DNA of 64,000 bases from NCBI RefSeq assembly GCF_032191835.1, contig NC_083223.1, forward strand, positions 20,212,001 through 20,276,000, written 5' to 3'. Every line of letters starts with the position of its first letter. The first letter of the stretch is position 1. The position numbers were made by a program, and so were the translations under genes. Below the pieces are notes generated by a model. The model did not search any database and was not told the origin of the DNA. It worked only from the letters and a program-made list of their open reading frames with translations. This stretch comes from Heteronotia binoei (taxonomy: Eukaryota). This document shows positions 12,169 to 22,480 of this stretch, piece after piece.

Positions 12169-12939
12169 GTGGGACCCCCAATAAAGGGACTGCTGATCAT
12201 TAGAAATACAAGCAAAGGAAACCCACAGTGAATAGTACATTACAGTCTTCATTAATACTATACCATGTAATAGTATATAATAATATCAAACAGACACCTC
12301 TCATACAATAGCAAAACATCAGGGGTGTGGCCTAATATGCAAATGAGTTCATGCTGGGCTTTTTCTTCCAAAAACAAAAGCCCTGGCTATGAGTAAGGAC
12401 TGGGACAAATGAAGAGGAGGTGTAAGTTTGCTTCATTGGGCACAATAATAATTTATAAAGAGTGGAGAACAAAAATATTCACAGGTGTGACATAATTCTT
12501 GTTCCTTAAAAAAATCTATTGTCCATCTCTGGACCAAAGGAAGCCAGGCTATGCTCCACACCGGCTAGGGCTTTTTTGGTGGTGGCACCAGAAATGTGGA
12601 ATGCTCTCCTGGAGGCCATAAGGGCCCTGCGGGATCTTTCACAATTCCGCCGGGCCTGCAAAACTGAACTGTTTCGACAGGCCTTCAACACCTGAATCTG
12701 GGAGAGAACCACTACCTCTCACCACTGAGGAGCTACGAATATCATGGGATCATTAACAGAAAAAGGAAAGATCCCGCCATATCCAAGTGTATAGCACCAC
12801 AAAATGTTTTAAATTTATTCTATTGGTTTTAAATTGTTTTATATAATTGATTGTTAGCTGCCCTGAGTCCGCTTGTGGAGAGGGCGGGATATAAATTTAA
12901 AGTAATAAATAATAACAAGTAATAAATAATAATAAATAC

Positions 12940-13131
12940 CGAGGCGCCTTTAGGACCTGGCACACCTGGCACTCCATCCCGCCCGGGCCTCCCGTCTTGG
13001 CCAGAAATGCCCGGAAGCCCAGGGAAACCAGGGTCTCCTTTGTCACCCTTCAAATCAGAGTCAAAGAAAACATCTCCGGGTTCTCCTTTAGCTCCTGGGC
13101 TTCCAATTAATCCGGGTACACCAGCAGGACC
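12940..13131 (-). CDS. COL4A1: Collagen IV exon (E25-eq, 192 nt) [38 protein letters not shown]...GPKGAS
   Basis: tttcag acceptor, gtattt donor, phase 0-0. Confidence 0.93.
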
Positions 13132-13226
13132 CTGAAATGAAATTCAGATTCAGCATCATTAAAACAAAGCATAATCAAGTAATGTCATTAAAGCTGCGAT
13201 CCTGAACACTAATTAGGAAGTAAATC

Positions 13227-13745
13227 CAGGCCTCAGGTTCAGCAGGAGCTCACAGGAGTGCCGCTCCTGAACCTTTCTAATGGCCCCCCTATGCCCCCTC
13301 GATCTTGTCCATTGAACAGTAGGTGCAGCTGCATAACAATCCCTGGATTAGGAGAGCAGGCAGCCAGCCAGTCACCAGGAGCTTTGCCATGCCCCCAGCA
13401 GCCCTCATAAACCCCTAGAGAAGCCTACACCACCTTTTCTCCACTTATGTGATTTTTTGGTGGAAGGAGCTTGCTGGCCTTTTGACTGTGGGACTGTATC
13501 GAACGCAGTATTTAACAATGCCTTACTGTAGCATTTCCCATTTGCAGGGTCGTGACCTGGTACTAGGCCACAGAAGCCTCAATACCGGCTTGATCCAAAA
13601 TGTTGCAAACTGGTAAATTCAGTGGGATTTATTCAGGGGCCATTTTGTAGAAAAATAAGTGGTGGAGCTCATTAACATTAGCATATGCTGCCCCCCCATG
13701 AGCCAAAAGCAACTCGACACAAGAAAGGAAAGCCCCGAGCGAGCG
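13227..13745. mobile_element. Same hAT family as 47795-48263, split: 5' half on + (13227-13497), 3' end on - (13634-13745)
   Basis: Homology to the intact copy; TSD AGTAAATC vs inverted AATAAATC. Confidence 0.75.
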
Positions 13746-14222
13746 CTACAGACACTGCGTGCTGGCCAGAAGCCCTTCCCCGTCCCTCTCTGATGTTCAG
13801 AAAGCTCCTGGCCGGCGTGCAGTCTCTGTATTGCTCCCTGAGTGTCCTCTGCCTGGACCACAGGGAAGGAGCCAGGCCATGGAGGGGAAAAGTTTGGGAA
13901 ATTCTCCCTTACTGAAATTCTTCTAGTCCAGATTGCCGGACATTGCATTGAGGGCGGGGAACCTAGCTAGAGGAGGGAGCCGGCTCGGCAACTGTCGCTG
14001 TCCTTCATCGAAAGCCTGGTGGAACATCTCTGCCTTACGGGACCTGCAGAACTGTAAAAAGGTCTCACAGGGCCCTGATGTTCTCTGGCAGAGAGTTCCA
14101 CCAGGTCGGGGCCAAGACTGAAAAAGTCCTGGCCTTTGTCGAGGACATCCGGACCTCTTTAGGGCCAGGGACCACCAGGAAGTTTCGACCAGCAGCGGAG
14201 GAGGCAGTCCTGTAGATACGTC

Positions 14223-14394
14223 CAGGGGTGGAATTCTAGCAGGAGCTTCTTTGCATATTAGGCCACACCCACCTGATGTAGCCAATCCTCCAAGAGCTTA
14301 CAAGGCTGTTTTCTGTAAGTTCTTGGAGGATTGGGCTACATTAGGGGTGTGTGGCCTAATATGCAAAGGAGCTCCTACTAGAATTCCACCCCTG
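14223..14394. mobile_element. Palindromic hAT MITE (CAGGGGTGGAATT subtype)
   Basis: TSD GATACGTC/GATACGTT. Confidence 0.88.
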
Positions 14395-14434
14395 GATACG
14401 TTGCTCATGGCCTTAGTCATAACCATTTACTTAC

Positions 14435-14505
14435 CGCCACTCCAGGAATGCCGTCGTACCCATGATTGCCCCTGTCCCCCTTTGCACCTGGAGGGCCTGG
14501 AAAGC
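14435..14505 (-). CDS. COL4A1: Collagen IV exon (E24-eq, 71 nt) (G)FPGPPGAKGDRGNHGYDGIPGVA
   Basis: tgaaag acceptor, gtaagt donor, phase 1-0. Confidence 0.92.
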
Positions 14506-14754
14506 CTTTCAAAGAAGAGAGAGGGAGAGAAAGAAATTCATTCAACTGACAAGTGTGAATTGCTGATAATAAAGGCTCTCTTTAGCCCTTGCTCTCAAGA
14601 CTCAGTTCACAGGAGAAGAGCAAAATATTTGCAGATGCAATCAAAGCGAACTGCGGGGCAACACCAGTAAAAAGCATCTGACAGTCTAGCCCCCAACTTC
14701 TCCTTTAGCAACGCACTCATGCTAGCCAGAATCCTTGCTACAAAAAAAAAAAAA

Positions 14755-15048
14755 GAACATAAAAAAATAAGAGAAGCCATGTTGGATCAGGCCAATGGCC
14801 CATCCAGTCCAACACTCTGTGTCACACAGTGGCCAAAAACCCCAAGTGCCATCAGGCGGTCCACCAGTGGGGCTAGAAGCCCTCCTACTGTGCCACCCCT
14901 AAGCACCAAGAATACAGAGAATCACTGCCCCAGATAGAGAGTCCCATCAATACGCTGTGGCTAACAGCCACTGATGGACCTCTGCTCCAGATGCTTATCC
15001 ATTCCCCTCTTGTAGCCGCCACCACCTCCTGTGGCAGTGAATTCCAAG
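14755..15048 (-). mobile_element. CR1 LINE 3' fragment (second subfamily)
   Basis: AAGAACATAAGAGAAGCCATGTTGGATCAGGCC tail; WNSLPQEVVAAT. Confidence 0.88.
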
Positions 15049-15588
15049 AATATACAGAAGGCTCAGATAAAGGTCTTGCAAGGTCACAAAATTGAGGCAG
15101 GGGGAGGATATCCCTAGTGGGCAGGGCTGGTTCTGGGGGGGGGGGGCTGGACAGAGAGTGCTCAGGGATCCCCTTCCTAACGCCACCTTCTGGGATTTTA
15201 ACTCTTCTCATGTACCTTCTCTTCTACCTGTGTGGTCCTCTATCATTGCCCGACTGCCCTTCCCATGAACCCTCCTGCCACGTGTGTTCCTAGTGACACA
15301 TGTCCCCTGCATGCCCTTTCTCTAGAGGCGCTGGGTAGCATATGCAGTCAGCTGGCAGAGCCCCCAGCCTGAGCATGGGGGTGGTACCAGCAGCGGGCCC
15401 TGTTGGAAGTCTGGGCTTTGGCAGCTGCCCCACTGTGGGGTATGTTCTGGCTTCATTTGGGGCAGGAGCTCACAGGAGCGGAGCTCCGGAACCTCTAAAT
15501 TTTCATGTGCTCTCTCTTTCTTACTTCCCAACCCCTGCCGAACACTGCTGAGATATTAGATCTAAATGGATGTTTAAGAACACCGACC

Positions 15589-15768
15589 CAGGGCTCTTTT
15601 TCTAGCAGGAGCTCCTCTGCATATTAGGCCACGCCCCCTGAGGTTGCCAATCCTCCCAGAGCTTACAGGGCACTTAGTCCAGGGCCTACTGCAAGCTCCA
15701 GGAGGATTGGCTACATCAGGGGGCGTGGCCCAATATGCAGAGGAGCTCCTGCTAGAAAAAGGGCCCTG
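15589..15768. mobile_element. Palindromic hAT MITE
   Basis: Self-complementary arms. Confidence 0.82.
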
Positions 15769-16485
15769 CCGATTGCCATCCTTAAACTGTATGGAAATTA
15801 GCACCAAATTGTTTTAAAATTGTTTTAATCTATATTTAATTTAACAGCTTTTATTGTTACTCTATTATGTATTGTGAGCTTCCCTGAGCCTGCTTCGGTG
15901 GGGAGGGCGGGATATAAATCAACTAAACTAAACTAAACTACACTGCCAAATACTTGCTTCTGGGCTCCATTGCTCAACCCCCCTCTGAGAATTCTGCTGA
16001 ACTCTTTAAGACTTGACAAACTTTCCCCACAAAAAAAGGGAAAATAACCAAAACATATAAAGCAGACAGATAGAAATCTTCCTCATGCCACTGTGGCCGC
16101 ATAGAAGAAAGTGATTTGAAAAGCATGATGGGAGTAAGGTTTTATTATGACACTTATAATTCCAGAAGCATTTGAAGGCAGATGCTGAGCTAATGGGATA
16201 CACCTTCCGGTGATGTCAGGGGCATGTGGCAACCCATCTCTGACCCCTGCTCAGCTTCCAAGATCAGGGTAGCCTGGCCCATGCGGGCCAGGGACCCAAT
16301 CACAGTATCGATCTTTAAAGGAATGCATTCTCCGTACAGCTTTGCTCGCTATGAGTCCCTTTCTTTGCTTGTGTTGGAAATGGACAGTGAACAAGGTTAC
16401 GCATTATCATGGTTCAGCACTGATGCTACAGGCCAATGAAGCTTGGCGCGTGAGTTTTGAAAAGTGTATAGAGCTCTCTCTGGAC

Positions 16486-16861
16486 CAGTGTTTCCTCTAA
16501 GCGGTGAAGTCTTGTGAGCAAAAATTCTACTTTGTGAGCTACTGGCAGGACTTTTTTTTGTAGCAGGGAATCCTTTGCATATTAGGCCACACCCTCCTGA
16601 TATAGCCAATCCTCCAAGATCTTACAGTAGGCCCTGTAATAAGAGCCCTACAAGCTCTTGGAGGATTGGCTACAAAAGAGGGGTGTGGCCTAATATGCAG
16701 AGGAGTTCCTGCTACAAAAATAGCCCTGGCTACTGGCATTAAAAGTTGTGAGCAAACAATTGGGGGACTGCATAAATTAGTTTGCTCTAGGGCCATCCTT
16801 CCTGAGCTAAGACAAAAAAATGTGAGACTAGCTCACACTACTCAGCTTGGAGAGAACACTG
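16486..16861 (+). mobile_element. hAT MITE (CAGTGTT..AACACTG) with a nested palindromic MITE at 16546-16728
   Basis: Outer TSD CTCTGGAC perfect; inner TSD GCTACTGG perfect. Confidence 0.88.
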
Positions 16862-17844
16862 CTCTGGACCCTTGCCAGTTAACATGAGCTTCCTCTTAGG
16901 AGGTTGTCCTCAGGTTATCCTGTACTTTGAACACAATCTTACAAGCTCACTCATAGGCTGTGATCAGACGGACAGTTTGACCTGATATAGCTGCTTTCCC
17001 CTAACAGATTAAAATGGCTCGGTCACACAGTTACATCCGGCAGCCGTTTCCCAGTCCCACTCACCCCGCCGTAAGACAAGTTGGACACCAGGTGAATTCC
17101 AGTGCTTACACACCCCTACACATTCAACCCGCGTTTCTGAATGTCTGAACTCCTCCAGTGCGTGTTCAGAAACCATTTTGGAGGTATGAATCTTTAATTC
17201 CGATTTTGCCGTTTTGTTTTTTTTAAACTGATAGTGCACATGCGCATGGGTGCATGTGTGCACTTAAGAAATGTTTTTTCCAAAAAAGTCAAAGTTGTTT
17301 GTTTGTTTGTTTTCAAAAAAGAAGAAAACCAGACTGCACACTCCATGCACTAATCTGAATGGTCAACGATGGAAGAAGTGCGCAGCAAGACCGGATCGGG
17401 CGTGTGGGAGGTGTCTGATGGAAAACCTCCATCACAAAATGAGACAGAGTACTTAGCACTGCCTCCAAAGCACACCAAGCTGCCAGTCTGACCGCAGCCT
17501 TAGTGATCCCAAAAAGTGGGATGGACGGTGTTGCAATCACAGGCCTTATCATCAATGGCAAGATTCACAGGAATGCAATACGCACGCCAATGAGCTTGAG
17601 AGCCAAAATTCAGTTTTTACATTTCACGGAAGTAACTTTATGTTCTGGCATTCTTTCTACTGACAAGCCTCTGCCCTGATGACAGCTAGCGGACAAAGCC
17701 ATTAAATTCCTTTACACGTGTGTTATAGCAGAGGCCAGTAGTGTTAGTCCGTGTGTGAAGCAATTTGAAACACTGCAAAACAGGAATGAGTCCTAATGGA
17801 ATTTTCCCTTTGCGGCCTAGTGGAGTTCTTGTTTGATGCCTTAC

Positions 17845-17928
17845 CAGGATCTCCTGGGAGACCTTGGGGTCCTGGTGGTCCAGGAAGTATTGGCACATCA
17901 CAGGAGATACAGCTTTCACCACTGTCAC
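17845..17928 (-). CDS. COL4A1: Collagen IV exon (E23-eq, 84 nt) (G)DSGESCISCDVPILPGPPGPQGLPGDP(G)
   Basis: cggcag acceptor, gtaagg donor; CxxC interruption. Confidence 0.93.
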
Positions 17929-18025
17929 CTGCCGGACAAAGCACAGAGATGGTTAATGGGAGTCTGCTTACAATTATTATTTTTAAAAACCAAAACCTTT
18001 ATGATTGCCACAGAAAGGGGATCTG

Positions 18026-18416
18026 TAAGAACATAAGAGAAGCCATGTTAGATCAGGCCAATGGCCCATCCAGTCCAACACTCTGTGTCACACAGTGGCC
18101 AAAAAAAATTATATATATATATATATATATACACACAAATATATATACACAAATATATATACACACATATATATACACACACACACACACACTGTGGCTA
18201 ATAGCCACTGATGGACCTCTGCTCCATATTTTTATCTAACCCCCTCTTGAAGGTGGCTATGCTTGTGGCCACCACCACCTCCTGTGGCAGTGAATTCCAC
18301 ATGTTAATCACCCTTTGGGTGAAGAAGTACTTCCTTTTATCCGTTTTACCCTGTCTGCTCAGCAATTTCATTGAATGCCCACGAGTTCTTGTATAGTGAG
18401 AAAGGGAGAAAAGTAC
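18026..18416 (-). mobile_element. CR1 LINE 3' fragment with a (TA)n/(CA)n microsatellite
   Basis: Same tail as 14755-15048. Confidence 0.88.
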
Positions 18417-18488
18417 TTCTGTCTTTCAAGGAGACCTGAAGATTTTACACCAAAGTGCCTAGGAACTATATTTTTAGAAAGGTATAAA

Positions 18489-18669
18489 CAGGGCGTTTTT
18501 TTGTAGCAGGAACTCCTTTGCATATTAGGCCACACACTCCTGATGTAGCCAATCCTCCAAGAGCTTGCAGGGCTCTTAGTACAGGGCCTACTGTAAGCTC
18601 CAGGAGGATTGGCTACATCAGGGGGTGTGGCCTAATATGCAAAGGAGTTCCTGCTACAAAAAAGCCCTG
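18489..18669. mobile_element. Palindromic hAT MITE
   Basis: Perfect TSD GGTATAAA. Confidence 0.9.
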
Positions 18670-19307
18670 GGTATAAACTCTGTTGAGGCTTTTGAGCATC
18701 AGGGAGATTCGAATCTTTGTGACAAGCAGTGTCATACAAACAGAGAATCTTCAAGAGCACTTTGTATGTAGTTTGAGGAAAATATCTCCTGCCCACTTCC
18801 TCCCTCGGGAGTTTTCAGCAGCCAACTGTGTGAAGTCAGGAGAGTAATATGATGTGTGCCTGAAAATGCACATGGGTTCACTCAAGGCTTGGTCTGGCCA
18901 ATCTGGGGAAGTCTACTCGAGACTGGTTGATGAGGAGGTGTGCCCTCTGCGTGCACAAGCCCAAGAAGGGGAAGTGGTGTTGTGAAAGAACCATTTGTTC
19001 CACATGATTGTGAAGGTTAATGTGTTCCACAATCACCATCAATCTGAGAGGCGGAAAGGCCTGCGTGCCTCAGCTCAGTGTAGGCAGGCAAAGAGGAAGT
19101 GGGCAAGGGTGGTGGTGTGCTGGCTACTGTGGTAGGTGACAAAACCTAACTGTGACTTGTGTTCTTTTCACAGTTTACACAGAGGATTGGCTTGCTGGTA
19201 GGTGACCAAAGCCTCAGGGGAATCATGGGACTCCTGGTTCCAGTGGATTATGGGTAAAGACAGGTTGCTTACCTGTAACTGTAGATCTTCGAGTGGTCAT
19301 CTGTGCA

Positions 19308-19458
19308 TTCACACTCATGGGGATAGTGCGCCTGCGCCGATCCCCGAATCGGTATCTGCAAAAGCCCGGGATTTTTTCGCGCTCGGCGCCACCAGGCATG
19401 CGCAGGCGACCCACTGCGCATGCCCACCGGCGCCCGCGCGGCAATCCCGCCAGTTCCT
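19308..19458 (+). repeat. DIRS 3' ITR core (151 bp)
   Basis: Exact reverse complement of 24875-25025. Confidence 0.95.
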
Positions 19459-19524
19459 CCCTGACCGCTGAAAGCCCCTTTCTGGAGAGAGAGAGACCGT
19501 CAGCAGCGGGGAAGGAGGGCGGGT

Positions 19525-19618
19525 AGTGTGAATGCACAGATGACCACTCGAAGATCTACAGTTACAGGTAAGCAACCTGTCTATCTTCTTCGTGGTCTCT
19601 GTGCTTCACACTCATGGG
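19525..19618 (+). repeat. DIRS internal complementary region (ICR)
   Basis: 19525-19582 is the reverse complement of 19258-19315; 19583-19618 is the reverse complement of 25012-25047. Confidence 0.95.
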
Positions 19619-19657
19619 AGATTAGCAAGCAAAGCATACCTGGAGGCGGGAAGACGG

Positions 19658-22480
19658 TCAGCCTGAAGACACAGCCTGTAGCACCGCAGCTCCCAACCGA
19701 GTCCTCTGCTGAGCATGCACTTCCAGCGCGTAGTGCTTCATGAAGGCATGCGGAGAAGACCAGGTAGCCGCCTTGCAGACATCAGAAAGGGACACACCTT
19801 TCAGGAATGCCACCGACGTGGCCATCGCCCTAGTGGAGTGTCCACGCACAGGTCCAGGTAACGGCTTTTTAGCCAACAGATAACAAAGTTTGATCGTCTC
19901 AGTAAGCCACTTGGAAAGTCTTTGAGACGAAATCTTGGACCCTAACTTGGGGGCAGAGTAGGAGACAAAAAGCTGGTTATCCTTACGAAAACCCCTTGAA
20001 CGGTTTAAATAAAATAGGAGGGCACGCTTAACATCCAGTGCATGTAGCCTCCGTTCCTCGTCCGAGGAAGGACTAGGGTAAAAAGTGGGTAACCAAACTT
20101 CTAAGTTAAGGTGAAACTGGGAAACCACTTTCGGGAGAAAAGTAATGTCCGGGGCCAAAGAAACTCCGGCCTCCCTAAAGGCAAGGTATGGGTAGTCACA
20201 CCGCATCGCTGTGAGCTCCCCCGCACGACGTGCTGACGTGATGGCAACTAAAAATGCAGTCTTCCAGGACAAGAGCTGCAGGGAACATGTTGCCATGGGT
20301 TCAAAGGGACGGCGAGTTAACTTGTCCAAAACCAAAGTCAGGTCCCACAACTGTGGAGGGGATCTAGAGGGGGGATGAAGCCGGAACAGGCCCTTTAAAA
20401 ATCTTTTGGAATGCGGGTGTGCAAAAACAGAGTAACCCTCGACCGAAACATGGAAGGCAGAAATAGCTGCCAAATAAACCTTGATGGAGGAAAAAACTAA
20501 CCCCTCATCGATCAAAGACAAAAGAAACTCAAAAATTGCCGGGAGTCCAACCGAGTTGGGTGGCACAAGAGAGTCAGCCATGAAGTCACTGAACTTCTTC
20601 CACTTCCTCTCATAAGAGGCACGGGTGGAAGGTTTCCTGCTACTCTGGAGCACCTGCTGAACCCTGGTGGAAAAGTCTAGTGGTCGATGAACCACGCTGT
20701 CAGCTTCAGGTGCGGCACGTTGTGATGGAGCACGTGTCCGCCCTGGGCCGACAACAGGTCCGGTTCCGCCGGGAACTGGTAAAAGATCCCCTTCGACTGC
20801 TGGAGCAGAATCGGGAACCAGCTCTGACGGGGCCACCACGGGGTCACCAGAATGCATCGTGGTCTCTCCTGCACTAACTTGTGGACCACTCTCGTCAGCA
20901 GAGGTAAGGGTGGGAACATGTACAGGAACCAACCCTCCCACTGAAAAAGGAGTCCGTCTCCCAGGGAAGTCGGGTCCGCACCCCCCCTGGCACAGAACAA
21001 GGGGCACTTCTTGTTCCACGCTGTGGCGAAAACATCTAGCTGCGGATAGCCCCAAAGTTGGAATACTGGTTCCAGGAACTTCCACTGCAGTTCCCATTCG
21101 TGTGGGGATGCTGCACCCCTGCTGAGAGAGTCCGCCTGTACGTTGAGGACCCCAGGCAGATGCGTAGCCTTCACAAAAATGTCCCACTGGAGGCACTCCC
21201 TCCAGAGATCTAATGCCAGTGAGCATAGCCTGCGAGACACTGTCCCTCCCTGCCTGTTTATATAACACATGGCAGTGGTGTTGTCCGTCAGTAATGCCAC
21301 GGTCTTCCCCGCTAACAGAGGGCGGAAGGATCGAAGGGCAAAGTGGACCGCCAGCAGTTCCAGGTAATTTATGTGGTACTGGCCGAGTTTCAGTGGCCAC
21401 TTGCCCCCCACACATAAGTCCTCCAGATGAGCTCCCCACCCCCACATGGAAGCATCGGTGGCGATGGTCACGGAAGGGGTTGGTAGATGAAAGGGAGCCC
21501 CTTGGCAGATGTTGCTCTCCGACCCCCACCATTGCAGGGATTGAAGAGCCTCGGATGGGATGGTGAACCTCTTCCGAGGTGAGTCTCTGAGGGGGCGAAA
21601 ATGGCGCAAGAACCATAGCTGTAGGCCCCTCATGTGCAGTCTTGCAAAGCGCAGCACGCTCGTCGTCGCAGCCATCAGTCCCAGCATCCGCTGGATCTGT
21701 TGTGCTGTGCCCCATTGTCGCCTTTGGAGAAGCTGTACCAGAGTCATGATGTCCCTTGCTCTCTGAGCGGGAAGAAACGCTCTGTGCTGATCCGTGTCCA
21801 ACAGAGCCCCTATGAATTGAACTGTCTTTGACGGGGTGAGATGAGACTTCTCCACGTTGACCTGCAACCCCAGGGTGCCGAGAAGACGCAGAGTAATGGC
21901 GATGTGAGAAGTTAAACTCTCCCTCGACTTCGCTACAAGAAGCCAGTCGTCGATGTACGGAAAAACAACGACTCCCTGAAGGCGAAGATGAGCAGCCACC
22001 ACACTCATCAGCTTCGTGAACACCCGAGGAGCAGTAGACAGTCCAAACGGCAGGGCCCTGAATTGGAAGTGACGAGCACCCACTGCAAATCGTAGGAAAC
22101 GCCTGAACGCGGGATGGATGCTGACATGAAAGTAAGCATCCCTGAGGTCCAGGGTCGCCATCCAATCCCCCTGATTGATGAGGGGCAGGATCGTTTGCAG
22201 TGTAGCCATTCTGAACTTCTGGTATAGAATGAATTTGTTCAGACCCCGCAAGTCCATGATAGGTCGTAGACCCCCGTCCCTTTTGGGAACCAGAAAGTAG
22301 CGGGAGTAGAAACCTCCCACCCTGGTCTCCGGTGGAACAACCTCTATGGCTTGTTTCTGTAGGAGGTTGCTCACCTCCGCCAGCAGAGGTGGGGAAGGGG
22401 GAGTGGTAACTACCACGGACTGGTTTGGGGTCTGGATAAACTCTATCTTGTAGCCCTCTTGAATAATGGACAGAGCCCAC
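19658..22480 (-). CDS. DIRS tyrosine recombinase ORF (940 codons from GTG; N-terminal about 600 codons overlap RT in another frame)
   Basis: TSARRAGEL, HSTRAMATS, AATWSS...FMKHY catalytic motifs in the C-terminal part. Confidence 0.93.
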   Translation of the reverse strand: MGSVHYSRGLQDRVYPDPKPVRGSYHSPFPTSAGGGEQPPTETSHRGCSTGDQGGRFLLPLLSGSQKGRGSTTYHGLAGSEQIHSIPEVQNGYTANDPAPHQSGGLDGDPGPQGCLLSCQHPSRVQAFPTICSGCSSLPIQGPAVWTVYCSSGVHEADECGGCSSSPSGSRCFSVHRRLASCSEVEGEFNFSHRHYSASSRHPGVAGQRGEVSSHPVKDSSIHRGSVGHGSAQSVSSRSESKGHHDSGTASPKATMGHSTTDPADAGTDGCDDERAALCKTAHEGPTAMVLAPFSPPQRLTSEEVHHPIRGSSIPAMVGVGEQHLPRGSLSSTNPFRDHRHRCFHVGVGSSSGGLMCGGQVATETRPVPHKLPGTAGGPLCPSILPPSVSGEDRGITDGQHHCHVLYKQAGRDSVSQAMLTGIRSLEGVPPVGHFCEGYASAWGPQRTGGLSQQGCSIPTRMGTAVEVPGTSIPTLGLSAARCFRHSVEQEVPLVLCQGGCGPDFPGRRTPFSVGGLVPVHVPTLTSADESGPQVSAGETTMHSGDPVVAPSELVPDSAPAVEGDLLPVPGGTGPVVGPGRTRAPSQRAAPEADSVVHRPLDFSTRVQQVLQSSRKPSTRASYERKWKKFSDFMADSLVPPNSVGLPAIFEFLLSLIDEGLVFSSIKVYLAAISAFHVSVEGYSVFAHPHSKRFLKGLFRLHPPSRSPPQLWDLTLVLDKLTRRPFEPMATCSLQLLSWKTAFLVAITSARRAGELTAMRCDYPYLAFREAGVSLAPDITFLPKVVSQFHLNLEVWLPTFYPSPSSDEERRLHALDVKRALLFYLNRSRGFRKDNQLFVSYSAPKLGSKISSQRLSKWLTETIKLCYLLAKKPLPGPVRGHSTRAMATSVAFLKGVSLSDVCKAATWSSPHAFMKHYALEVHAQQRTRLGAAVLQAVSSG

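Noticed and set aside
18820-19000. Faint PHD-finger-like remnants (MMCA*KCTWVHSRLGL...DWLMRRCALC) in the DNA the DIRS inserted into
   Set aside because: Needs stops, frameshifts and missing cysteines; too degraded to call without an HMM search.
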